Positions 38,799 through 46,651 of a stretch of DNA of 64,000 nt are shown one piece after another. Source of the DNA: Polyangiales bacterium (lineage in GTDB: Bacteria; Myxococcota_A; Polyangia; Polyangiales; Ga0077539). The stretch lies in assembly GCA_044229975.1 (NCBI GenBank), contig JBGARZ010000002.1, forward strand, positions 256,001 to 320,000. The letters are read 5' to 3'. Each line of letters opens with the position of its first letter. Position 1 is the first letter of the stretch. A program made the translations under genes and the position numbers. The notes beneath the pieces were generated by a model. That model was given only the letters and a program-made list of their open reading frames with translations. It did no database searches and was not told the DNA's origin.

Positions 38799-39263
38799 AT
38801 GTCCGACCGCCTGCCCAAGTCGCTGCGCGAGAGCCCACTGTTCCTGACGGCGCGAGCGGCGCAGGCGCTGAGCCAGCGCTGCCGGGAGGCGTTGTCGAAG
38901 GCGGGCTTCGAGGACGTCGGCGCGCCCGACCTCGCGGTGCTCGCCGCGCTGGAGGGCCTCGACGGCGGAGAGAACCCCTCGAAGCTGGCGCGCACCCTGC
39001 GCTACGAGAAGTCCACGCTCACCCCCATCCTGCTGCGTCTCCGCGAGGCGGGGCTCATCGTCCAGGAGAAGGACCCCAAGGACGCGCGGGCCCTCCGGGT
39101 GACCATCACGAAGAAGGGCTCGAAGCGCCGCAAGGAGGCCGAAGCGGTGATCGAGGAGACCACCGCGGCGCTACTGAGCGACGTGCCGAAGAAGGTGCTG
39201 CGGCACCACGTGGAGTTCTGCGAGTCGGTGCTCCGGGCGGTCGAGAGCGACGAGGAGAAGTAG
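38799..39263 (+). CDS. MarR-family transcriptional regulator
   Basis: [25 protein letters not shown]...[16 protein letters not shown]. Confidence 0.9.
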   Translation: MSDRLPKSLRESPLFLTARAAQALSQRCREALSKAGFEDVGAPDLAVLAALEGLDGGENPSKLARTLRYEKSTLTPILLRLREAGLIVQEKDPKDARALRVTITKKGSKRRKEAEAVIEETTAALLSDVPKKVLRHHVEFCESVLRAVESDEEK

Positions 39264-39303
39264 TCTCCACGGGTCGCGGCGAGCGCTGGTAGAGTCGCTC
39301 TCC

Positions 39304-39462
39304 ATGAGGCGCTACCGCTGCACCGTGTGTGACCACATCTACGACCCGGCCGAGGGAGACCCGGACTCTGGCATCGCGCCGGGGACGCCCTTCGAGAGCT
39401 TGCCCGCCGACTGGTCGTGTCCCGACTGCGGCGCGCAGAAGGCGGACTTCGAGCCCATCTGA
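39304..39462 (+). CDS. Rubredoxin (52 aa, absent from the ORF track)
   Basis: Manual translation: [52 protein letters not shown], with two CxxC motifs in canonical spacing. Confidence 0.97.
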   Translation: MRRYRCTVCDHIYDPAEGDPDSGIAPGTPFESLPADWSCPDCGAQKADFEPI

Positions 39463-39481
39463 CGCGAAGGTGGAGGACGGC

Positions 39482-40447
39482 GTGACGCTGCGGGCGACGG
39501 TCGAGCGGGAGGTGCCCATGCGCTACCGCGACGGGGCGGACGACGGCACCGATCGACCCGCGTTCGTGCGCGCGGGCTCCGGTGTGACGTGGTGGCAGGG
39601 ACGACTCGCCGTGGTGCAGGACGACACGGCGTTTGTCGCGCTCGTCGACCCGGAGACGGGGCTCGCCGACGCCATCACGCTGCCCTCGACGGACGGCGTT
39701 CGGCAGTTTGGTAATGACCGCGGCAACAAGCACCTCAAGGCCGACCTCGAAGCCGTGCTCACGCTCCCCGATGGACGGCTGCTGGCCTTCGGATCGGGGT
39801 CGACGTCGGCCCGCGAGCGGCTCCTCCTGCTCGACGTCGACGGCTCGCCGCGGTGGGTCGACGCGGCGCCGCTCTACCGCGCGCTGCGTGAGGCGCGGGC
39901 GTTCTCGGGGAGCGAGCTCAACATCGAAGGCGCGACGGTGCGCGGCGATCGGGTGTGCCTCTTCCAACGGGGCAACGGCGCGGTGGTCGACGGCGTCGCT
40001 CCCATCAACGCGACGGTGGAGCTGTCGCTCGAAGAGCTCCTCGCGTCGCTCTCGCGGTGGGTGTTGGGCCTCGACGCTCCGTCCCCCGCGCTCGGCGAGG
40101 TGCGAGCGTACGACCTGGGCACCGTCGCGGGGGTCGCCCTGAGCTTCACCGACGCGAGTCCCTGGTCGGCCGCCCACCCGGGGCGCATCGCGTGGATCGG
40201 CGCCGCCGAGGACTCCCCGGACACCTATCGCGACGGCGAGTGCGTGGGCGCCGCGCTGGGGTGGATCGACCCGGACGGCCGCGTCGCGCAGGCCCCGCTG
40301 CGAACGCCCGACGGCGCGCTGTACGCGACGAAGGCCGAGGGTCTGGTGTTCGACCGCGACGACCCGACGCTCGCGTGGGTGGTGTGCGACGTCGACGACC
40401 CGACGCGCCCGTCGTGCCTGTGCCGCGTGCGCGTCGTCACCGGGTGA
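39482..40447 (+). CDS. Conserved hypothetical protein (DUF6910/DUF6929-like, probable beta-propeller)
   Basis: RAGSG, VVQDD, KADLEA, FGSGST..RE, ELNIEGA, FQRGNG and KAEG; GGAGG precedes GTG 39482. Confidence 0.65.
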   Translation: MTLRATVEREVPMRYRDGADDGTDRPAFVRAGSGVTWWQGRLAVVQDDTAFVALVDPETGLADAITLPSTDGVRQFGNDRGNKHLKADLEAVLTLPDGRLLAFGSGSTSARERLLLLDVDGSPRWVDAAPLYRALREARAFSGSELNIEGATVRGDRVCLFQRGNGAVVDGVAPINATVELSLEELLASLSRWVLGLDAPSPALGEVRAYDLGTVAGVALSFTDASPWSAAHPGRIAWIGAAEDSPDTYRDGECVGAALGWIDPDGRVAQAPLRTPDGALYATKAEGLVFDRDDPTLAWVVCDVDDPTRPSCLCRVRVVTG

Positions 40448-42956
40448 AGGTGACGTAGTCCTCGCGGGCGCAGCGCTCGACGAGACCATCGAGCTTGCCG
40501 AGGCAGCGCGGCAGCGGCGGGGCAGCAACCCGCGTCGTGGGCTCACGAACCGAACGTCCGCTCGATGATTCGGTCTGCGAACCATCGGGCGAGAGCGCCG
40601 CGCGGGCGTCCTTGAGGAGCGCGTGGAGCTCGCGGCGTGCGCCGCTCCAGCGGGGGAGCACCTTGCCGAGCAGCGCGTGGTCGAGGGCCCAGCCGGGCGG
40701 CACGGCGAGCTCGTCGCGGTCGCAGCGGTCGACGAAGCGGAGCACCTCGGAGACGACGCGAAACCCGAAGGGTCGACCGTGGGTGGACATCACGGCGTGG
40801 AGGCGGTCGAGGGTGGCGCCGACGCCGTCGCGGCCCATGGCGAGCAGCATGGCGCGCGTGGGGTCGTCGTCATCGCCCGCGGAGAGGAGCGCGAGGCGCT
40901 CGGCGGGCACGGCGGGCTCCTCGGCGGGGCTCGGATCGACCCAGGCGGTGAGCAGCGCGCTCGGCGCAGCGGCGGGAAACTCCCAGAGCCAGGCGCGGTC
41001 GAGCACCTTGGGGCTGAGCGGGTGGGTGGTCTCGTCGACGTTGATGGTGGCGATGACGACCACGTTGCGACCGATGGCCACGGACGATGGTACGGCGACC
41101 GAACGATCGGCCGAGAGCACCGGGTCGACGCGGCCGTGCAGGTCGACGGGCGCCCCGCTCTCGACGGCGGAGAGCAGCTCGGCGAGGTAGTGCTCGGGGC
41201 GGGCGAGGTTCATCTCGTCGAGGATGAGGAAGTGGGCCTCGTCGGGGTGAGCCGCGGCGTGCAGCAGCACGCGCAGCGCGGGCGTGGGCTCGTAGTGGGG
41301 CGGGTCGCGGAGCACGTTGACGTAGCCGAGGAGCCCGCGGGAGTCGATCCAGTCGGGGCGCACCGAGACCACGGCGACCCGCGGCGCCGACCCCCCCGGG
41401 AGCGCGCCGGTGACGAACTGCGCGAGCCGGAGCGCGAGGCGGGTCTTGCCGGTGCCCGAGACGCCCGCGAAGACGGCGAAGGGGCGGGTGCGAAGGCCCA
41501 CGAGGACGGCTCGCAGGAGGTCGAGCTCGAAGCGCAGCCCCTCGGCCCGCAGCGATCGCTCGAAGCGCCGCGCGAGGGCCTCCAGCGTGGCGGGGCGCTG
41601 CATCGCTGGAACGATCTCCCACGCCCGCGCGAGCAGCACCTCCGCGGGCCCCGTCGACGCCGCCGGGGCGCACTGGAGGTCTCCCAATGCGCGGTGTGCC
41701 GCGAGCCAGAGCAGCGGACGAACGGCGGCGTCGGTGAGGCAGTCGTGCAACGCCGCCCACGACGGCCCGAGGAGCCCCGCGTCGAGGAGGCGCGAGGCCC
41801 CCGTCGCGGCCTGGAGCGACCACCGCGGGCGCACCCGCGACGCGACGCTGGTGGGGTCGGGTGATCCCGTCCACGGCGCCCCGACGAGGAGACCGACGAG
41901 GGCGACCGCGACGTCGCCGCTGGCGTCTCCGAGCGCGTGCGCGACGAGGGCCGACAGCACCGGCGCGTCGCCGTCGCGAAAGCTTGAGGGGACCAGGAGG
42001 TTCGCCCGGTGAACCATCGCCCCGTCGCCGTCGAGGTGACGCGCTCGCAGCCAGGACAGGAGACGGGCGCGCAGCGCGGGGTCGGCCGATCGACGGTGCT
42101 CGGCCGGGGCGCCTTCGGCGTGCGGATGGCGCTCGCTCCACCGGGCGTTGGCGACGGTCGGTGGGGAGAGCGCAGTGAATCGTTGGGGGGCGAACCACCC
42201 GGTCGTCGGGTCGTAGCACCACGCATCGGACGACGGCAGGAGGGCCGCGGGCGGGGCGTCGAGTGCGACGGCGCGCTCGTCCCAGCGCAGCGAGCGAATC
42301 GCGGCGATGGGTCCGCGCGATGGGGGCGTCGGCGCGAGCGGGAGCTTCCAGCCCAGGAGGAGCGCCCAGAAGTCCAGCAGGCGGGCGCACCGCTCGGAGG
42401 CCCAGCGGGCGAGCAGCAGTGGGGAAGGACCAGGGAGCGCGAGTCGTCCGCGCACGTCCGCGACGGCCGGGTCGTCGGAGGCGCGGAAGCGGACGGCGCC
42501 CGCGGCGACGGCGGCGATCCAGTCGAGCTCGGACAGGGCCTCGACGGATTCGCGGTGGGCGTGGAGCGTCGCGCCCGCGGCGCGGAGGGCGGCGAGCAGC
42601 GTCGGGAGCACGTCGGCCAGGTCGCGCTTGCGACGGGCGAGGTCACCGAGGCGCGGGCGGCGTCCGGCGTCTTCGCGACCGCGGGCGGAGAAGCCCGCCG
42701 TCACCACCACGTCGTCGGGGGTGAGCGCGACGACGAGCGCGGCGTCTTCGACGGCGCCGGGGGGCGCCCAGCGCACCCAGTGGGTGTCGGACGACGGATG
42801 GTTCGTGGTGCGTACCATCACCGCGAGCGGCGGGAGCAACGCCTGGATGGCAGCGGCGAGCTGTCGGACGAGCCGACGGCGCGCGGGCTTGTCCGAGGCG
42901 TCGGTCGGGTCGGGGAGCATCGGGTCCGTCGGGGGAGAGCGCTTCGACCGCACCAT
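40437..42956 (-). CDS. McrB-like AAA+ NTPase with a long unrecognised N-terminal region
   Basis: Walker A GVSGTGKT, VSVRPDW, Walker B LILDEMNLARPEHY, TINVDETT..LSPKVLDRA and FGFRV. The start is uncertain (42920, 42956 or 42983). Confidence 0.8.
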   Translation of the reverse strand: MVRSKRSPPTDPMLPDPTDASDKPARRRLVRQLAAAIQALLPPLAVMVRTTNHPSSDTHWVRWAPPGAVEDAALVVALTPDDVVVTAGFSARGREDAGRRPRLGDLARRKRDLADVLPTLLAALRAAGATLHAHRESVEALSELDWIAAVAAGAVRFRASDDPAVADVRGRLALPGPSPLLLARWASERCARLLDFWALLLGWKLPLAPTPPSRGPIAAIRSLRWDERAVALDAPPAALLPSSDAWCYDPTTGWFAPQRFTALSPPTVANARWSERHPHAEGAPAEHRRSADPALRARLLSWLRARHLDGDGAMVHRANLLVPSSFRDGDAPVLSALVAHALGDASGDVAVALVGLLVGAPWTGSPDPTSVASRVRPRWSLQAATGASRLLDAGLLGPSWAALHDCLTDAAVRPLLWLAAHRALGDLQCAPAASTGPAEVLLARAWEIVPAMQRPATLEALARRFERSLRAEGLRFELDLLRAVLVGLRTRPFAVFAGVSGTGKTRLALRLAQFVTGALPGGSAPRVAVVSVRPDWIDSRGLLGYVNVLRDPPHYEPTPALRVLLHAAAHPDEAHFLILDEMNLARPEHYLAELLSAVESGAPVDLHGRVDPVLSADRSVAVPSSVAIGRNVVVIATINVDETTHPLSPKVLDRAWLWEFPAAAPSALLTAWVDPSPAEEPAVPAERLALLSAGDDDDPTRAMLLAMGRDGVGATLDRLHAVMSTHGRPFGFRVVSEVLRFVDRCDRDELAVPPGWALDHALLGKVLPRWSGARRELHALLKDARAALSPDGSQTESSSGRSVREPTTRVAAPPLPRCLGKLDGLVERCAREDYVTFTR

Positions 42957-43056
42957 GGGCGCCGATGCGCGCGACGCTACCATGTGACCGGTGCGCGCCG
43001 AGCGGTGGACGTGTACGCTCGCGGCTCGCAGACCCAACGACAGGGAGAACAACTCG

Positions 43057-44145
43057 ATGAGCGGGATGGCGGCAGGATCACGGGTGATGGCCTCATGGCT
43101 CGGCGGCGGCTTCGCGCCAGGCACCGCGGTGGAGATCAACCCCGCCGCGCAACTGGTGAAGGTCCGCTTCGATGACGGCCGCGAGGCGTGGGTGAGCAAC
43201 ATGAACGTCCGCCTCGCGCCCAACGCCCCCGCAGGAGCGCCTCAGCCCATCGGCGCGCCCGTGGCCGGTGGCAACTTCGGCGCGGGAGGGTCCTTCGGCG
43301 CAGGAGGCTTCCAGCCCATGGCCGCCGGGGGCATGGTCGGAGGCAGCCCCTTGGCGGGCCTCAATCCCTTCTCGAAGCCCAGCGCCCCGGCCGCTCCGGG
43401 CGCTCCGCCCGCGGCGCCCCAGGCACCGGGTGGCGGTGGGTTTCTCGCTTCCGCGGCCGGCGCTCTCTCGGCTGGCGTCGCGCGCATCGCCACCTTTGGC
43501 GGCCCGCCCAACGCTCCGCCCGCTGCACCCGGCCAGGCGGCTCCTCCGATGCCACAGATGCAGCCGCCGCCGCAGGCGCCGGGGTTCAACCCCTTCGCCG
43601 CACAGTCGCCGCAGGCCGCCCCTCCTGCGCAGGCACCACAGGCTCAGTTCAACCCCTTCGCCGCGCAGGCCGCTCCGCCCGCCCAGGCACCTGCCGCTCC
43701 CTTCAACCCCTTCGCGGCCAACGCGCCCCCTGCCCAGGCTGCGGCTCCCGCGCAGGCGCCGTTCAACCCCTTCGCGGCGGGCCCGCCCCCGGCGCCGCCT
43801 CCCGCTGTCCAGGGCAACATCCCCGAGCCCGCCTTCAACCCCTTCGCCGCGGCCCAGCCCGCAGCCCAGGCGGCGCCTCCCGGCTTTCCGCCCACCCAGG
43901 CGATGCCCGCGATGCCGATGCCCATGGGCGCTCCCGCTGCGCCGCAGGGCAACATCCCCGAGCCGTCGTTCAACCCCTTCGCTGCGACCGCGCCCGCGGA
44001 TGCTGCCGCGCCGTTCAACCCCTTCGCGTCGGCGCCGGAGGCGCCCGCCAACGCACCGCAGGCCGCTCCCGCCGCGGCCGCCGCCGAGGCCCCGCTCCCG
44101 CCGCCGCCCGGGGAGTTCAAGCCCTTCGTCCCGTCCGGCTCCTGA
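43057..44145 (+). CDS. Pro/Ala/Gln-rich protein with an N-terminal Tudor/SH3-like domain and FNPFA repeats
   Basis: GSRVMASW...PGTAVE...VKVRFDDGREAWV followed by a low-complexity tail with seven FNPFA copies; GGAG precedes the ATG. Confidence 0.75.
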   Translation: MSGMAAGSRVMASWLGGGFAPGTAVEINPAAQLVKVRFDDGREAWVSNMNVRLAPNAPAGAPQPIGAPVAGGNFGAGGSFGAGGFQPMAAGGMVGGSPLAGLNPFSKPSAPAAPGAPPAAPQAPGGGGFLASAAGALSAGVARIATFGGPPNAPPAAPGQAAPPMPQMQPPPQAPGFNPFAAQSPQAAPPAQAPQAQFNPFAAQAAPPAQAPAAPFNPFAANAPPAQAAAPAQAPFNPFAAGPPPAPPPAVQGNIPEPAFNPFAAAQPAAQAAPPGFPPTQAMPAMPMPMGAPAAPQGNIPEPSFNPFAATAPADAAAPFNPFASAPEAPANAPQAAPAAAAAEAPLPPPPGEFKPFVPSGS

Positions 44146-44191
44146 ACCCACTTCCCACCATCGGCCTCGCGCCCGAAGGAGTAACCCTGCC

Positions 44192-45691
44192 GTGACGACC
44201 TCTCCCCGGACGCTCCTCCATCACATCGGCGCGGGCGACGTCCCGTCCCACCAGGGCGACACCTTCGAGGTGCGCTCTCCCACCGACGGCTCCGTCGTGG
44301 CGGTCGTCGCGCGCGGGTCGCTGGTGGACGTCGAGCGCGCCGTCGCGGCGGCCCGCACTGCCTTCGGTCGGTGGTCCAACACACCAGCGCCTGCCCGTGG
44401 TGAGGTGCTCTTCCGCGCGGCGCAGCTCCTCGTCGAGCGACGTGACGCCATCGCGGAGGTGATGGCGAAGGAGATGGGCAAGCGGCTCGAAGAGGCGCGC
44501 GGCGACATCCAGGAGGCCATCGACACTGCCTTCTACGCGGGCAGCGAAGGACGCCGTCTCTTCGGTCGTACGGCCCCGTCCGAGCTTGGCGAGAAGATGG
44601 GCTTCACCCTCCGCCGCCCCATCGGCGTCGTCGGCGTCATCACCGCCTGGAACTTCCCCGTCGCCGTCCCGAGCTGGAAGATCCTGCCCGCGCTGGTGTG
44701 CGGCAACACCGTCGTGTGGAAGCCCGCCGAGGAGTCCCCCGCGAGCGGCGCGATGTTCGCCCAGGCGCTCTGGGACGCCGGGCTTCCGCCGGGCGTTCTC
44801 AACGTGGTCCATGGCTTCGGCGAGGAGGTCGGCGCCGCGATCGTCGAGCACCCCGACACGCGCGTCCTGACCTTCACGGGTAGCACCCCGGTGGGTCGCG
44901 CCATCGCCGAGTCGGCGGGTCGTCGACTGAAGCGTGTCTCCCTGGAGATGGGCGGGAAGAACCCCGTCATCGTGATGCCCGACGCCGACGTCACGCTCGC
45001 GCTCGACGGTGTCCTGTGGGGCGCCTTCGGCACCGCGGGCCAGCGCTGCACCGCCACCAGTCGGCTCATCGTGGTGGGCGACGCGCATGACCGGCTCGTC
45101 GACGCCCTCGTGGGGCGCGCGAAGGCGCTGCGGTTGGGCGACCCCCTCGACCCGACGACGGAGGTGGGGCCCCTCGTGAGCGAGGCGCAGCGCGCGCGGG
45201 TGCACGGATTCGTCGAGCGAGCGGCGGCGTCCGGGGCGACCGTTCGTTGCGGCGGCGCGGTGCCCACCGAGGCGGCGTTGCAGGGCGGCTGGTTCTACCC
45301 GGCGACGGTCGTCGACGACGTGGCGCGCACGAGCGAGATCGCGACGACGGAGGTGTTCGGCCCGGTGCTGTCGGTGATTCGCGCGGCGAGCTTCGACGAG
45401 GCCGTGGAGATCGCCAACGAGGTGCCCTACGGCCTGAGCTCGTCGATCTACACGCGCGACATCAACCTCGCGATGCGCGCCGTGCACCGCATCGAGGCGG
45501 GCATCACCTATGTCAACGCGCCCACCATCGGCGCCGAGGCGCACTTCCCCTTCGGCGGCGTGAAGGACACCGGCAACGGCCACCGCGAGGGCGGTTGGGC
45601 CCCGTACGAGTTCTTCACCGAGCTGAAGACCGTCTACGTCGACTACTCGGGCGCCCTGCAGCGCGCGCAGATCGACAACCGCGACGGCTGA
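44192..45691 (+). CDS. Aldehyde dehydrogenase
   Basis: AAGGAG RBS; ITAWNFP, FTGST, LEMGGKNP, GQRCTA, EVFGPV and PFGGVK. Confidence 0.95.
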   Translation: MTTSPRTLLHHIGAGDVPSHQGDTFEVRSPTDGSVVAVVARGSLVDVERAVAAARTAFGRWSNTPAPARGEVLFRAAQLLVERRDAIAEVMAKEMGKRLEEARGDIQEAIDTAFYAGSEGRRLFGRTAPSELGEKMGFTLRRPIGVVGVITAWNFPVAVPSWKILPALVCGNTVVWKPAEESPASGAMFAQALWDAGLPPGVLNVVHGFGEEVGAAIVEHPDTRVLTFTGSTPVGRAIAESAGRRLKRVSLEMGGKNPVIVMPDADVTLALDGVLWGAFGTAGQRCTATSRLIVVGDAHDRLVDALVGRAKALRLGDPLDPTTEVGPLVSEAQRARVHGFVERAAASGATVRCGGAVPTEAALQGGWFYPATVVDDVARTSEIATTEVFGPVLSVIRAASFDEAVEIANEVPYGLSSSIYTRDINLAMRAVHRIEAGITYVNAPTIGAEAHFPFGGVKDTGNGHREGGWAPYEFFTELKTVYVDYSGALQRAQIDNRDG

Positions 45692-45697
45692 GTCACT

Positions 45698-46651
45698 TCA
45701 CTCCACGATGATGGTGCGCTCGATGACGTCGAAGCCGCCGCGCGTGTCCTGCGCCGTGAAGAAGAAGCGCGCGGTGCCCGCGGCCGTGGGGGCCGTCCAG
45801 CGGCTGCGGATGGGGCCGTTGGGCATCACCGACGAGTCGACGCGGAAGGCGCTGTCGATGGTCCCCTTGTCGACGAAGAACCCGAACTGAAGGCGCTCGG
45901 GGGTCATCACCCGGTTGCCCTGGAGGTCGAAGGTCTGCTGGGTCTCGCGCGACCCGTCGGTCACGCGGAGCTCGATGGTGTGCTCGGGGCACGGGTCGGT
46001 CGTGCAGCGCGCCACCCGCAGCGGAGCGTCGGCGACGAGCGGGACGGCCCCTTCGCTGGTGAGCCCGCTGCGGATGAAGAGCACCTCGGTCAACGCCGGG
46101 TTGTGGTTGGGCGGGAGCGTCTCCTCGGTGCGAACGAGAATCGACCGGGTCATCACCCACGAGGCGCTCCCCTCGCCGCGACACGAGGGCTGCATGGTGG
46201 TCGGGTCGAGGGCGACGGTCCCCCCGGCGCACGCGAGGGCGATGGCCTGGATGCGCGGGCGGTTGGAGCTGTCGACGGCGTACTCGATGCGCGGCACCGG
46301 GTACTCGACGGTGGTTCCGTTGAGCACGCTGAGCCCGCCGCCGGCGCAGCCGAAGGTGGTGCCGGTGACGACGGCCTGCGGACAGATGACCCAAGTGACG
46401 CTGAGGTTGCGCGGGGTAGGCGCTGGGTCGACGTAGCTGAGCGAGAGACGGACGGTGTCACCCGGCGCGGCCTCGGTGACGCCGGGGTCGGGCGTCGGGC
46501 GGGCGGCGCGGGTGAGGTTCTCGATCTTGGCGCCGAAGAGTCGGAAGGCGCGAATCTCCCAGGCGGGGGCGAGGTCGTCGCCGCAGCCGCCCAGGAAGAG
46601 GGCTCCCACGAGGCAGGCGGCGACCCGATATCCGATGAGCTCAGTATTCAA
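45698..46651 (-). CDS. Lipoprotein co-transcribed with the TonB-dependent receptor
   Basis: Lipobox LGGC, PNHNP and C-terminal D.RGG. It overlaps the TBDR stop; the start is approximate. Confidence 0.7.
   Translation of the reverse strand: MNTELIGYRVAACLVGALFLGGCGDDLAPAWEIRAFRLFGAKIENLTRAARPTPDPGVTEAAPGDTVRLSLSYVDPAPTPRNLSVTWVICPQAVVTGTTFGCAGGGLSVLNGTTVEYPVPRIEYAVDSSNRPRIQAIALACAGGTVALDPTTMQPSCRGEGSASWVMTRSILVRTEETLPPNHNPALTEVLFIRSGLTSEGAVPLVADAPLRVARCTTDPCPEHTIELRVTDGSRETQQTFDLQGNRVMTPERLQFGFFVDKGTIDSAFRVDSSVMPNGPIRSRWTAPTAAGTARFFFTAQDTRGGFDVIERTIIVE

Noticed and set aside
43560..44030. Regularly spaced TTCAACCCCTTCGC repeats as a CRISPR array
   Set aside because: The repeat is only ~14 nt, spacing is irregular but in frame, it encodes FNPFA within an ORF, and there are no cas genes.
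43268..44191. N-terminal extension of the aldehyde dehydrogenase (807-aa ORF)
   Set aside because: It overlaps the FNPFA gene in another frame. A good RBS and GTG at 44192 give a normal-length ALDH.
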